64,000 bases of DNA from Gemmatimonadota bacterium. Its GTDB lineage: Bacteria; Latescibacterota; UBA2968; UBA8231. Below the pieces are notes generated by a model, which saw nothing but the letters and a program-made list of their open reading frames with translations, had not been told where the DNA came from and did not search any database. Below are positions 7,973 to 18,330 of this stretch, piece by piece. Position 1 is the first letter of the stretch. Each line of letters opens with the position of its first letter. The stretch covers positions 621 through 64,620 of the forward strand of contig JABHFS010000116.1 in assembly GCA_018672475.1 (NCBI GenBank), read 5' to 3'. The position numbers were made by a program, and so were the translations under genes.

Positions 7973-10459
7973 TTAGTAGAATCGCTTGATTAAGCTTCGG
8001 GCCTGGTCGTGGTCTATTTGTTGTAGGTAGGTTTTTAGTTGGGTGCGGACGCGGCCATCGACGTTGAGTGTGGGCGAGGTAAGAAGCTGGGTATAGTGGT
8101 GGAGAGCTTTCTCGCTTTCTCCTTGTTCTTGGTACAGACGCCCGAGAAACAGATAGGCATAGGGATTTTTTGTACCTAGCTCGATGGCGGTGTTCAGGTT
8201 TTGTTGCGCAGCTTGTATTTGTTTCTGCTCCAAAGCCAAGCTGCCGAGCTTGTAGTGGTATTCTGAGTTGTCGGGTTTGAGTGCGACGGCGCGGGCAAGT
8301 GCCTCGGCGGCCTCGTCGGGGCGTTGTAGTGTGCGCAATACAACCGCCAAGTCGTGATGGGACGCGGCCTGTCCGGGGTCGAGATGGATGGCCTCTCGAT
8401 AGGCGGCTTCGGCTTCGGCGCGAGCACCGGTGCGGAAATATAGATTGCCAAGATCGGCGTAATCGTGCGTATCGGCTTGGCCGAGGGCGATGATTTTTTC
8501 GATGCTGGCAAAGGCGGTCTGGTAGTGCCCGGCCTGACCAGACAGACGCGCCAGGCCGCGGTGTGCGGGGGCGAAGTTCGCATCGAGGTCGAGGCTTTTT
8601 CGGTAGGCTGCGAGCGCGGGCTCGGTTTGCGCCGACTCTTCGTAACACTCCCCTAAGAGATTGTACAGATCGGCGCTAGGCTTTGCTGTCAGCGCCTTTT
8701 GGCAGGCCGTTATCGCGGCTGCGAATTGGTCGTCGAGCTGTAGGGCGAGGATGGTAGCGTAGGTGATGCCGCGGTCGTCGGTTGCAGCGCCTTGTGCTTG
8801 CTGTAGTAGCGCGACGGCTTCGCCGGCCTGGCCCTGTTTATAGCGAATCGCGCCGAGGCGTTTTAACGCTTTGACCTGGCCTGGAGCGAATTCGAGCGCG
8901 TACTGATAGGCGGTAATGGCGCGCTGCAAATCGTCTAGACTTTCGTAACCGAGCCCCAAATTAGTGTAGACTTGCGCGAGCGCGGCGCTGGCTTTGACGT
9001 GGTTTTTGAGCGCGTTGAGCCGGCCGTTTTCGGCAAAACCGGAATGCAGCGAATTGTAGGCGAGGTTGTAGACCTGTAGATAAGAATTTTGCGGAAAGTG
9101 CGCGAGCGCTTCTTTGAGCACTGCGGCTGTCTGATAGGGGTGGCGCATCAGCCCCATCGTCAGCCGGACATAGGCGTCCTCAAGGTTGATCCGATTGGGT
9201 GCGCGTTCGATAGCCTGGCGCAGCTGCGCGACGCCGGTGCGGTCGTCTTCGGCGGCGAGATAGGTCCGGCCCGAGTTGTAATAGGTGAGCGCTTCGGCCT
9301 GGTGGAGCCCGTGGTGGGAGCTGAAGATTAGGGCGACGGTTGTGCCGCCGAGTATTGCATGCCGCCATGCGGGTAAGGCAAGCGCTGTCCGGCGCAAGGC
9401 CCAGGCAATAATAAGTGCGGTGCCGGCGCTGGGCAGGTAGAGGTAACGCGATGGGCCTACGGGTAAATCGAGGATACTTTCTTCCGTCAGCAACACGAAG
9501 GGTAGCAGCATCAGCAAGGTCCAACCGGCCCAGAGTGCGGCTGGGCCTTGTTTTTTCCAGATAAGCCAAGCGAGGCCGACGAGCACCAGTGCGCCAACGG
9601 CGAATTCCCAGGTGTGGCGTTCGTGTGAAGCCAGGGGCAGCCAGTGGGCGGTGCTCAGCAGGCGACTGGCGAAGAAGAGCGTCGAACGTGCGATGCCGGC
9701 GACGAGATCCCAAAGCCCGGCGACGGAGAAGAAGTCCAGCGCTTCCCAGGTGCTGGTGCGTTTGGCGGTGAAGCGTAGGACCAGGGCCAGGACGGGGGCG
9801 AGCAAGAGGGCAAAAGGGGCCAGGTGGCGCGATGCGCGGCGTAGATCGTGGCCTTGTTGCCAGGCTAGAAACAGACAGAAGGGCCAGGCCATCAGGCTGG
9901 CCAGATGACTGAAGGCGCCCAATACTAGGCTGGCGTAACAGGCGGCGAGCCAGGGCGTGCGGCCGGTGGCGACAAAACGAAGATAGGCCAAGACGGTGGC
10001 CAGGGTCAGGACGAAGGCGAGCACGTAGTTAAAGCCGGAGAGCCAATGTACTGCGCGGAAGTGCGCGACATTGAGCAGAAAGAACAGCCCGGCGAGCATG
10101 CTCAGTTCAAGGTCGGCCCCGGCACGCATAAAGGTGCGGCACAATAATAGGCTGGCGGCGAAATGCAGCGCGACGACGAGCAGATGGAAGGCGGCCGGAT
10201 TTTGGCCCCAGGCGGCATGGGCCAGCCACATGGAAAATTCGTGTAATAGACGGCCGGAGGCTTGTTCTTTCTCAGCGGAAAAGAAATAGGCGAAGTCGGC
10301 GCTGACGTTGGCGTTGTCGCGAAAGGTTTCGAAGTCGTGTGTTTCGAGCAGGTGGAAACGCAGGTTGCCGAAACAAGCCCAGGTCAGGGCGCCCAATAAC
10401 AGGGTGTATAGTGCCCAGTTGCGGGGGGTGGAGGACAGGTTGGAAACGGAGGATGGCAT
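7973..10459 (-). CDS. Multi-pass membrane protein with C-terminal TPR repeats (TMTC/DUF1736-like putative GT-C glycosyltransferase)
   Basis: 828 aa. The N-terminal ~450 aa has ~10 hydrophobic helices and 'ETHDFETFRDN' near helix 1. The C-terminal half has repeated 34-residue 'A..Y..AL.LDP....A...LG' TPR units. Confidence 0.55.
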   Translation of the reverse strand: MPSSVSNLSSTPRNWALYTLLLGALTWACFGNLRFHLLETHDFETFRDNANVSADFAYFFSAEKEQASGRLLHEFSMWLAHAAWGQNPAAFHLLVVALHFAASLLLCRTFMRAGADLELSMLAGLFFLLNVAHFRAVHWLSGFNYVLAFVLTLATVLAYLRFVATGRTPWLAACYASLVLGAFSHLASLMAWPFCLFLAWQQGHDLRRASRHLAPFALLLAPVLALVLRFTAKRTSTWEALDFFSVAGLWDLVAGIARSTLFFASRLLSTAHWLPLASHERHTWEFAVGALVLVGLAWLIWKKQGPAALWAGWTLLMLLPFVLLTEESILDLPVGPSRYLYLPSAGTALIIAWALRRTALALPAWRHAILGGTTVALIFSSHHGLHQAEALTYYNSGRTYLAAEDDRTGVAQLRQAIERAPNRINLEDAYVRLTMGLMRHPYQTAAVLKEALAHFPQNSYLQVYNLAYNSLHSGFAENGRLNALKNHVKASAALAQVYTNLGLGYESLDDLQRAITAYQYALEFAPGQVKALKRLGAIRYKQGQAGEAVALLQQAQGAATDDRGITYATILALQLDDQFAAAITACQKALTAKPSADLYNLLGECYEESAQTEPALAAYRKSLDLDANFAPAHRGLARLSGQAGHYQTAFASIEKIIALGQADTHDYADLGNLYFRTGARAEAEAAYREAIHLDPGQAASHHDLAVVLRTLQRPDEAAEALARAVALKPDNSEYHYKLGSLALEQKQIQAAQQNLNTAIELGTKNPYAYLFLGRLYQEQGESEKALHHYTQLLTSPTLNVDGRVRTQLKTYLQQIDHDQARSLIKRFY

Positions 10460-10567
10460 AGGGTTATGCGGAGAGCCTTGCTGCGGTGCTTGGTTGGAAC
10501 GAGAGTGTTGAAAAAGATCGACCCGTGGACCGTTGTTCGCGAGAAGAGTTCGTGTGCCAGGTCTTGT

Positions 10568-11401
10568 TCAATCGAGGCCGACTTGTTCGTCGGGTGCATT
10601 GGGCATACCGGGGTGTGTGCCACCGGCATTTTTGGCAAGGTTGCCGCCGTCCAATGGAATCATCGCGCCGGTGATCCAGGACGAGGCGTCGGAGGCGAGA
10701 AAAATCGATACGCCCTTGATGTCGTTGGAGTCGCCGAGGCGACCCATGGGGATGCCGCGCAGGTAGGTGTCGCCCAGCGCGGGGTCGGCGGCGATACGTT
10801 CTTTTAGGCCTTCGTTCATCAGTTGTGCACAGACGATGGCGTTGACACGCACGCCTTTGGCCGCCCATTCGGTGCTCAGCTCGCGGGTCATTTGCGCGAC
10901 ACCGCCCATGCCGATGCTATAGGCGAGGTGGTTGCGGCCGAGTGCGTTGATACCGGCGATGGAGACGATATTGATGATACTGCCGCCATTGGGTGAGGCG
11001 ATCATGCGTTTGCCGGCTTCTTGGCAGCAGACCAGGCGGCCGGTTATGAGATTGTGCAAGGTGTAGGCGACCTCGTCCGGCGTGAGTTCGAGTGGGGTGT
11101 TACGCTTGGCGTCGCCGGCGACATTGCCGACGATGTCGATGCGGCCATATTCCTCGTCGATGAGTTCGAACATGGTGCGGATTTGCTCGGGTTGCGACAT
11201 GTCGCAGGTGACGGGCAGGGTGCGGCGGCCGGGAGCGGCTAACTCTTTGGCGGTGGTGGCGAGGCCGTCGGGGTTTATATCGGCTAGGACTAGGTCGGCG
11301 CCGGCTTCGGCTAGGCCCGTGGCCATGGCTTTGCCGAGGCCGCTGGCGGCGCCGGAGACTAGGGCTACTCGGTCGGTCAAGTCGAACAGGTCGTGGGACA
11401 T
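10568..11401 (-). CDS. SDR family NAD(P)-dependent oxidoreductase
   Basis: 277 aa. 'VALVSGAASGLGKAMATGLAEAGADLVLADIN' (TGxxxGxG) and an 'YSIGMGG' catalytic region. Confidence 0.85.
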   Translation of the reverse strand: MSHDLFDLTDRVALVSGAASGLGKAMATGLAEAGADLVLADINPDGLATTAKELAAPGRRTLPVTCDMSQPEQIRTMFELIDEEYGRIDIVGNVAGDAKRNTPLELTPDEVAYTLHNLITGRLVCCQEAGKRMIASPNGGSIINIVSIAGINALGRNHLAYSIGMGGVAQMTRELSTEWAAKGVRVNAIVCAQLMNEGLKERIAADPALGDTYLRGIPMGRLGDSNDIKGVSIFLASDASSWITGAMIPLDGGNLAKNAGGTHPGMPNAPDEQVGLD

Positions 11402-11778
11402 GAGGTGGCCTCTGGGCTACGGAGGTGGATGGCCTTTCGGAGGGTATGCCCTCGCTCATTCTCGCCCGACTCCTGTCGGGCTGCGAGGGGCGGTCTTTTC
11501 CGATTCCACAATCCTGTGAAATCGGGACCGCAATCCGCTGCGGGTATATCCTCGCAAAGGCCTCTGTGGCTACAGCGTATCTAATGGTTTATGAGTGTAT
11601 GAAAATAGGGTCTGGGGGGGAAGGGACCAAGTCCGAGTCTGGATTGTGGGTATGAGAAAGGTTTAGTCGTTAGTCCTTTTGGTTTCGCAATAAGTTAATT
11701 GATTGGGGTGTGGCTAGGGGGAAAGCCGATATATCTGATTGTGATGGTTCGGTCGATCAATGCGTGGGGCGGGAAAGC

Positions 11779-13125
11779 TCAGGGACTACCCGCTTGTGCC
11801 TCCGAGATGAGTTGGTCGCAGCGGACGCGCATGAGGTTGAGTTGATCTTCGTGCTCGGGATCGGCGGCTAAGTTGGTGGTTTCGTTAGGGTCGATTGGCA
11901 GGTTGTAGAGGCATTCGTATAGGGGGTCTTGTTCGTAGTAGCGGAAGTATTTCCAGTCTTGACTGCGCAGGCCTTCGCTTTTGGGGATGGTGGGGTGGGT
12001 GAAGTGGTGTTCACAGAGGAAGTCTTCGCGCCAGGCTACGGTTTGATTTTGTAAGAGCGGGGCGAGGCTGCGGCCTTGATATGTTGTGGGCGCCGGGATG
12101 CCGGCTAAATCCAATATGGTTGGGGCGATGTCGATGTTGAGGACCATTTCGTGGCGGGTAAGTCCGGAGTGTGCTGTGCGCGGGTCGTAGACCAGCAGGG
12201 GGACGCGGAGGGATTCCTCGTGCAGGAGCCAGCAATCGCACAGGCCGCGTTCGCCGTAGAACATGCCGTGGTCGGAGGTGAAGATGATAATGGTGTTGTC
12301 GGTGAGGTCCAAGCGTTCTAATTCGGCTAGGATGCGGCCGATATTGCGGTCGACGCCGCTGACCATGCGGTAGAGGCCCTGCATGCTGCGTTGGAATTTT
12401 TGTGGGGTGTCGTAGCGTTTAGACCAGCGTTTGCGGCTTTCGGAATGGCGGAGAAAATCGGGTAAGGAGGCGAAATAAGCCGGGTCGGAGTTGAGGGGTT
12501 CGGGGAAGGTGGTGTCTTGGTATAGTGCGTTTTCGTTTTCGGGCCAGATATACTGGCGTGGATCGTTGTCTTGGGCATGGGGGGCGTTGAAGCTTATGGA
12601 TAGGCAAAAGGGCGATTGGCAGGCGCGCAGAAAATCGATGGCCTTGTCGCCGGTGATATCGGTCAGGTGACGGGTTGAGCCGTCGGGTTGCGCGATCTCG
12701 TAGCCTTCTGGCCCCCAGTGCTCGTAGTTGTCGAGGAGGTCGAATAGGGCGGGCACGGTTGTCGCGGTGTCTTCTATATCGATGATATCACCGACCCCCT
12801 TTGACTCAATGCCGAGCTTGCCGATCAGACCGGTTTGGTAGCCGACGTCGTGCAGTAAGGCGGGGTAGCTGGTGCGGGCGCAGGCGGCGGCAAGCGGCGG
12901 GGTGAGGAAGGTGAAGCCATGGCGGCGTTCGTAGAGGCCGGTGAGAATACTGGCTCGGCTGGCGGCGCAAATGGGGGTGGTGGCGAAGGCGTGGGTGAAG
13001 CGGGTGCCGCGACGCGTTAGGTGGTCGAGGTGGGGAGTGTGGATGATGGGATTGTTGGCGGCACCTAATAGATCGTGGCGCTGGTTGTCGGTCAAGACGA
13101 AAAGGATATTGGGCGGTGTTGGCAT
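11779..13125 (-). CDS. Sulfatase (formylglycine-dependent arylsulfatase family)
   Basis: 448 aa. 'NILFVLTDNQRHD' and 'TPICAASRASILTGLY' (C-x-A-x-R FGly motif plus the downstream GLY/G signature). Confidence 0.85.
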   Translation of the reverse strand: MPTPPNILFVLTDNQRHDLLGAANNPIIHTPHLDHLTRRGTRFTHAFATTPICAASRASILTGLYERRHGFTFLTPPLAAACARTSYPALLHDVGYQTGLIGKLGIESKGVGDIIDIEDTATTVPALFDLLDNYEHWGPEGYEIAQPDGSTRHLTDITGDKAIDFLRACQSPFCLSISFNAPHAQDNDPRQYIWPENENALYQDTTFPEPLNSDPAYFASLPDFLRHSESRKRWSKRYDTPQKFQRSMQGLYRMVSGVDRNIGRILAELERLDLTDNTIIIFTSDHGMFYGERGLCDCWLLHEESLRVPLLVYDPRTAHSGLTRHEMVLNIDIAPTILDLAGIPAPTTYQGRSLAPLLQNQTVAWREDFLCEHHFTHPTIPKSEGLRSQDWKYFRYYEQDPLYECLYNLPIDPNETTNLAADPEHEDQLNLMRVRCDQLISEAQAGSP

Positions 13126-13128
13126 ATT

Positions 13129-13503
13129 CTAGAGCGGCGGGTGATCGGGGGCTTGCGCACGGTGGGTGCAGAGATATTCGTAGCGCAGGGTTTTTTCGTC
13201 GGTAGAAATGCGGATCAGGTCGGGATGGGTATAGCTTTGGCACTGCAGGTCGAAGCTGGGGTGGGCGAGGATTGCGCGGAGTTCGGAGCCGCAGTGGTCG
13301 AGGAGTTTGGCGACGATGAAGAAAGTCGCCGGGGTCTCTGTGCCCAGATGCGCCTCGGCGACGGCGCGGGCACCGGCGAGGAAGGTTTCCCGTGGTTCGC
13401 CTTCGTAGCTAAGATAAGCGTCGTAACCGGCGGCATCGGAGCGGGTGGGTTCCCACCAGGCAAAGACGGCTTCGGTATCGTAGGCGGCGACGTAGAAAGA
13501 CAT
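13129..13503 (-). CDS. Truncated polysaccharide-deacetylase (CE4/NodB)-like fragment, possible pseudogene
   Basis: 124 aa. 'TFFIVAKLLDHCGSELRAILAHPSFDLQCQSYTHPDL' resembles CE4 motifs 1-2 (H-S-x-T-H-P). The ORF stops before motif 3 and the sulfatase gene starts 3 nt later. Confidence 0.3.
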   Translation of the reverse strand: MSFYVAAYDTEAVFAWWEPTRSDAAGYDAYLSYEGEPRETFLAGARAVAEAHLGTETPATFFIVAKLLDHCGSELRAILAHPSFDLQCQSYTHPDLIRISTDEKTLRYEYLCTHRAQAPDHPPL

Positions 13504-13775
13504 AGGATCTAGTTCCCAATGGCAAGGGTGATTACGCGTTTAGTGTAGACACCCTGAACGGTGGTGTCCATGCTAAAATTGCGGAGTAAAAGCGGACGGC
13601 GGTGTGGCGCTTGACCTCATGGTCGCCACCGGCCTATTTTGCTGCTTGGATTTAGTGCGATTAATGTTGTGAGGATCGCTGATCAGCACGCATAGCGGGC
13701 TAGATGCTGGCAAGCGAAAGAGAGAGTGCAAAAGCGTTAAGGTTGTGCATTTTTCATGGCGAAAGAGAGTGATAG

Positions 13776-14588
13776 ATGCGTATAGGGATACATGCGAGTT
13801 CGAGCGATGCGGACGAAATTGCCGGCCAGTGCCGCGATGTGGGCGTGAATGATATTTTCCTGTATGTTGGCTCTGTGCCGGGTTTTGCCGAGCGCGGTCG
13901 TTTGACGGGTGACGATTGTAAGAGGTTCGCGGTGCAGTTGGCGCAGCGGGATATTGAGGTCGCCGGGATGATTATACCGGTGCCTTCGCGCGAGGTGGTG
14001 CTCGGCGAGGACGAGGAGGGGCGGGCGGGGCTTTGTCAAATGCTGCGCGCTGCGGGGGAAGCGGGGGTCGATACGGCACTGTTTTATCCGCTCGACCAGT
14101 TTCTCTACTTTGACGAACACCATCCGGGCAGATCCTTGATGGTGATGCCGGGCGAAGAAGGTTGGACGAGAATTGTCGAGTTTTTCAAAGAGGTGGTCGG
14201 TGTCGCCGACGAGGTCGACCTGCAATTGGCCAATCACTTGTGGGCGGTCAATGTCGTACATGCGATCTGGGAGGCGGTGGATAGTCCTAATAACGGAGTG
14301 ACCTATTGCCAGGGGATGTCGCTGATCGGCGAGGATCCGCATACGCCGGTCGAGACATGGGGTATGGAACGCATATTCTTCGCCCATGCCCGCAACCAAG
14401 CCCAGCACGGACCCTGTCTGATGGATCACGAGGAGGTTCCGCTGCAGCAAGGGGATGTGGATATGGCCCGTTGTGTGCAGGCCCTGGTGAAGGCCGAATA
14501 CGACGGGGTGATCGCCCCGGAACACCTCGGCCCGCAAAGTTTGGCCGATGCGGTAGACTATTTGAAAAAACTGACCGGGGCGGCTTAG
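13776..14588 (+). CDS. Xylose-isomerase-like TIM-barrel protein, mannonate dehydratase (UxuA)-like
   Basis: 270 aa. 'RIFFAHARNQ' and 'QQGDVDMARCVQALVKAEYDGVIAPEHL' parallel UxuA 'RIYFTHLRST...NGDVDMYEVVKAIV...RPDHG'. 'GEDPHTPVETWG' parallels 'HPDDPPRPILG'. Shorter than E. coli UxuA. Confidence 0.45.
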   Translation: MRIGIHASSSDADEIAGQCRDVGVNDIFLYVGSVPGFAERGRLTGDDCKRFAVQLAQRDIEVAGMIIPVPSREVVLGEDEEGRAGLCQMLRAAGEAGVDTALFYPLDQFLYFDEHHPGRSLMVMPGEEGWTRIVEFFKEVVGVADEVDLQLANHLWAVNVVHAIWEAVDSPNNGVTYCQGMSLIGEDPHTPVETWGMERIFFAHARNQAQHGPCLMDHEEVPLQQGDVDMARCVQALVKAEYDGVIAPEHLGPQSLADAVDYLKKLTGAA

Positions 14589-14657
14589 GCCGATCTCGAT
14601 CTATGGGGAATATTCGCGGGTCATTACAACGTCTGAAAAGCATCGAAAGGAAATCCG

Positions 14658-15758
14658 ATGGCAGGTGCTAAGCTGAAGGTCGGCGTGATCGGCGCCGGGA
14701 TGATCGCCAATGCGGGGCATATTCCCGGTTGGAAGAACGTCTCCGAGCACGTCGAGGTCGTGGCGGTGGCCAATCCGAATAAGGCCAAGGCGCAGTTGAC
14801 TGCTGACAGCGAAGGCATTGCGCAGGTCTATGATGATTGGCGGCAGATGTTAGCGGAGGTCGAACCGGATATCGTTTCGGTTTGTACGCCGAACGCCTTT
14901 CACCGCGAGCAGGCGATCGCTGCGTTCGAGGTGGGGGCACATGTCTTTTGCGAGAAGCCGATCGCGACCTGTTATGAGGACGCGGTGGCGATGTATGCGG
15001 CGGCGGAGGCGGCCGACCGGCGGCTCTTTGTTACGCAGACCGCGCGTTTTTCGTCCGCGTCGATGGCGGCGTGGGAGATTGCGCGGTCGGGGCAGTTGGG
15101 GGAGATGTACTATGCCGAGTGCTTTTTTATGCGACGGCGCGGAATTCCGACTTGGGGGCGCTTTCATATGAAGGAACATTCGGCGTCGGGGCCGCTCTAC
15201 GATTTGGGCGTGCACATGGTAGACAAGATCCTTTGGTTGATGGGCAGTCCGAAGGTAATTGCGGCGAGTGGCGCGACCTATACAAAATTTGGCAACCGCG
15301 ACGAGGGTTTGGCGACCTCGCTCGCTGAGAGCGGCGCGCCGGCCGGGGTCTTGGCACCGCGGCCGTATAGCCATGAGGAGTTTACGGTCGAGGACATGGC
15401 GGCGGGTTTTTTGCGGCTCGAAGGCGGTGCGACGATGGCGGTTAAGACTAGTTGGGCGGCGAATATTCCCGAGAATATGGGCGGCAATATGATCCTCGGG
15501 ACCGAAGGGGGGTTGAATTTTGATCCGCTAGTGCTGTCGAAGAACGTGGGTAGTTATCAGGCGAATGTGAATCCGCGGGTGCCACAGGATTTAGACGTGC
15601 CGTTTTATGGGCATTGGCTGGCGGCTGAGCATTTTGTGCGGATGTTGCAGGGGGAAGAGGAAGAGATCGTCAAGAAGGAGGAAGTGCTAAATGTAATGCG
15701 GGCGTTGGACGCGTTGCATCGCTCGGCGGAGGAGGGGTGCGAGGTGCGGGTAGACTAA
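14658..15758 (+). CDS. Gfo/Idh/MocA family oxidoreductase
   Basis: 366 aa. 'KVGVIGAGMIANAGHIPGW' Rossmann N-terminus and an 'EKPIA' motif. Confidence 0.85.
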   Translation: MAGAKLKVGVIGAGMIANAGHIPGWKNVSEHVEVVAVANPNKAKAQLTADSEGIAQVYDDWRQMLAEVEPDIVSVCTPNAFHREQAIAAFEVGAHVFCEKPIATCYEDAVAMYAAAEAADRRLFVTQTARFSSASMAAWEIARSGQLGEMYYAECFFMRRRGIPTWGRFHMKEHSASGPLYDLGVHMVDKILWLMGSPKVIAASGATYTKFGNRDEGLATSLAESGAPAGVLAPRPYSHEEFTVEDMAAGFLRLEGGATMAVKTSWAANIPENMGGNMILGTEGGLNFDPLVLSKNVGSYQANVNPRVPQDLDVPFYGHWLAAEHFVRMLQGEEEEIVKKEEVLNVMRALDALHRSAEEGCEVRVD

Positions 15759-16198
15759 GGTATGCGCCTTGCAGGCCTTTAGATCGATTCTTGCTATGGC
15801 TGGGCGGGCCTTGGTCGGTGGCAGACTGGTTGCGGATTCGCATTTTCGAACGGGCCAAGTTATATCGCTGGCGGGGTGTATTATGCTACCGTTGGTTGTT
15901 CGTCCGTAGCCCCTTTACGGCGCTCAATAAGTGGATTCACTTGCGCTCGAAAAAGGGTTTGTCGGAGTTGAGGCGTCAAATACATGAGGCGGAAATAGGG
16001 CGATTATATCGCTCTCAGTCTAACGTTGGCGCGGACTATTTTTTGCGCTTTTGAGAGATCATTCTTTTTCCATTTATCGCTGTGCAACCTGATTGGCAAT
16101 GTCTATCCGATCTGGCTGCAGCGTTATAATCGCATTCGGGTCGGTCGTGTGATGGGTCGCCTTACCCGCTTGCGACCGTCGTCGTAGGAGACGCTCTT

Positions 16199-17023
16199 AT
16201 GAACTTATCGCAGGAACAACACAATTTTTTTGACACTTTCGGTTATCTGGCCTTTGCCAAAATTTTCAGCGGCGATGAGATCGGTTGGATCGCCGAGGAA
16301 TTTGAAAAGGTACTGGACAATCACGGCAGTGGCAGAGCGCACGACGGTTCCAGTCGCACGATGATCGTGCCGACTATCGACCATAGTGAGCGCTTGTGCA
16401 CCTTGCTCGAGGATAGACGGATTATAGGCATTGCCGGGGATATTTTAGGCGCGGATTTTAATTATGCCTCGGGTGACGGCAATTATTATAGCGGCGATAC
16501 GGGATGGCACCCAGATGGCGGTTATCCCGAGTTGTTTGCGATTAAGATGGCGTTCTATCTCGATCCAGTCGGGCGGGATACGGGCTGTCTGCGGGTTTTG
16601 CCGGGCAGCCACAAAGCCGATTCGATGTGGCGGAACGGCACGGTCGATCCGCGCGAAGTGGAAAAATTGGGCATCGCGCCGTCGGAGCTACCGGGGAATG
16701 TGGCGCTGGAGACCGAACCGGGTGACTTGGTGGTCTTTGACCATAATACCTGGCATGCTTCGTTCGGCGGCAGTACGCGGCGGCGGATGTTTACGATGAA
16801 CTTGCACAAGCGCGGCAAGACCGACGAAGAGCTCGAACGGGTCGACGGTTATTTAAAGCATCATTGTCCAGTGGCGCACGGATACAAGATCGGGGGTATG
16901 TATACCGATCTGATGGTCGACACTGCTCCACCTGAACGACTCGTGCATTTGCAGCAGCTTTTTGAGCGCCATGCACTGGTGCATCCAGAAGGCACGCTGC
17001 CGCGGAATTTTCCGACCGGCTAG
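16199..17023 (+). CDS. Phytanoyl-CoA dioxygenase (PhyH) family protein
   Basis: 274 aa. 'FFDTFGYLAF' N-terminus, 'GWHPDGGY' (HxD) and 'HNTWHASFGG' distal His. Confidence 0.7.
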   Translation: MNLSQEQHNFFDTFGYLAFAKIFSGDEIGWIAEEFEKVLDNHGSGRAHDGSSRTMIVPTIDHSERLCTLLEDRRIIGIAGDILGADFNYASGDGNYYSGDTGWHPDGGYPELFAIKMAFYLDPVGRDTGCLRVLPGSHKADSMWRNGTVDPREVEKLGIAPSELPGNVALETEPGDLVVFDHNTWHASFGGSTRRRMFTMNLHKRGKTDEELERVDGYLKHHCPVAHGYKIGGMYTDLMVDTAPPERLVHLQQLFERHALVHPEGTLPRNFPTG

Positions 17024-17109
17024 CGGTGATTGATTGTGACCCCTTAAGCGATACTTTATATTTCCGACGGCTAAATATGAGTAGAAACTTATCGACGAGG
17101 AGAATTTCG

Positions 17110-17481
17110 ATGGTACAAAAAATTCACAAAATCGCGATCGTCACCGACGATATCGAAGGAGCAGTAGAGTTTTATACGCAGAAGATGGGTTTGACGGTCG
17201 TGGAGCGTTTCGAGAACGAGGACGACGAGGACTATGTCTTCCTCGACGCCGGCGGCATCTTGCTCGAATTGATGCCGCAGAAGGCGATGGGGGCCGATGT
17301 AGGCTTCCACCATATATCGTTTGACGTTGACAGCGTCGAAGGGAGCTCGCAGGAGTTGAAGGACAAAGGGGTCAACATCACCAAGGAGCCTTTCGACGTC
17401 GGCGGCGGCACCGGTATCACGCTGGGTTTTTTCGAGGGGCCGAACAATTTGAACCTGCAACTCTTCCACCGCGAGAAGTGA
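17110..17481 (+). CDS. VOC family protein (glyoxalase/bleomycin-resistance/dioxygenase fold)
   Basis: Internal start at M29 of ORF 17026..17481, preceded by a GAGGAG RBS. 'IHKIAIVTDDIEGAVEFYTQKMGL...LELM...GFHHISFDVD' is a typical VOC betaalphabetabetabeta module. Confidence 0.7.
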   Translation: MVQKIHKIAIVTDDIEGAVEFYTQKMGLTVVERFENEDDEDYVFLDAGGILLELMPQKAMGADVGFHHISFDVDSVEGSSQELKDKGVNITKEPFDVGGGTGITLGFFEGPNNLNLQLFHREK

Positions 17482-17488
17482 GGCTGCC

Positions 17489-18307
17489 ATGCGCGTAGCC
17501 AATGCCAAGCGCGAGGATATGCAGGAGTTGTCGGGGGTGCACGGTGGTGCGGGGACGATTCTCTTCAATCGCCTGTGGGAAAGGGATGATTTCGCGACAC
17601 CCTTCGCCTTCGTGCACTGTGCCGTCCTGCCACCGGGGGGCGGCATCGGCTATCACCGCCACGACGACAACGAGGAGATCTTCATCGCCGTCGACAACGC
17701 CTCGCAGTTTAGCCACAACGGACGCACGGCGGAGGTCGTCGGCGGTGCAGCGGTGCCTTTGCGCTCGGGTGAGGCGCATGCGATTTACAACCACACCGAC
17801 CAGGAGACGCGCTGGTTTAATGTCAACTGCGCGGTGCCTGGTGGCCAGCCGAAGTCTACCGACCTGGGCGACGACCGGGTCGGCGCGCAATTGGAATCGA
17901 CCGATCGGTTGCCGGTGGGGCGGTTGGATCGCGATGCTTTAAAATACGCCCCGTCGCATGGCGGTAAGGGAGAAGTCGGCAGCCGGAAGATCTGGCAGGC
18001 GGAGGACTTTCGCTCGAATTTTGGTTTGCTTGCCCATTATTTGTTGCCACCGGATACTTCGATCGGTTATCACAGCCATGAAGGTGTCGAAGAGTGTTAT
18101 ATCATTATCGGGGGCAGCGGGCGGATGACGGTCGACGGAGAGACGCAAGAGGTCTCACAATGGGACGCGATTCCCAACAAGTTGAGTGGCAGTCACGGGC
18201 TTTATAATCACACGCAAGAGAATCTGCAACTATTGCTCGTCGCCGTTTGTGCCGAGAAGGGTGTTTTCGATTGCACGGATCTGGGCGACGATTTGAGTCA
18301 ACGTTAA
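17489..18307 (+). CDS. Bicupin domain protein
   Basis: 272 aa. Two cupin motifs: 'LPPGGGIGYHRHDDNEEIFIAVDN' and 'LPPDTSIGYHSHEGVEECYIIIGG'. Confidence 0.7.
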   Translation: MRVANAKREDMQELSGVHGGAGTILFNRLWERDDFATPFAFVHCAVLPPGGGIGYHRHDDNEEIFIAVDNASQFSHNGRTAEVVGGAAVPLRSGEAHAIYNHTDQETRWFNVNCAVPGGQPKSTDLGDDRVGAQLESTDRLPVGRLDRDALKYAPSHGGKGEVGSRKIWQAEDFRSNFGLLAHYLLPPDTSIGYHSHEGVEECYIIIGGSGRMTVDGETQEVSQWDAIPNKLSGSHGLYNHTQENLQLLLVAVCAEKGVFDCTDLGDDLSQR

Positions 18308-18330
18308 TTATCTATTAGAAAGGACCTAAT

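Noticed and set aside
11402-11778. 377-bp intergenic region with a perfect hairpin 'gcccgactcctgtcgggc' as a possible ncRNA or terminator
   Set aside because: The hairpin is not followed by a U-run on either strand and there is no further conserved structure. It is most likely just the promoter/5' UTR of the SDR gene plus the sulfatase 3' region.
15737-16054. 105-aa ORF in the 440-bp spacer between the Gfo/Idh/MocA and PhyH genes
   Set aside because: No motif. The start overlaps the upstream gene end, and the region looks like promoter or spacer sequence. It is more likely non-coding.
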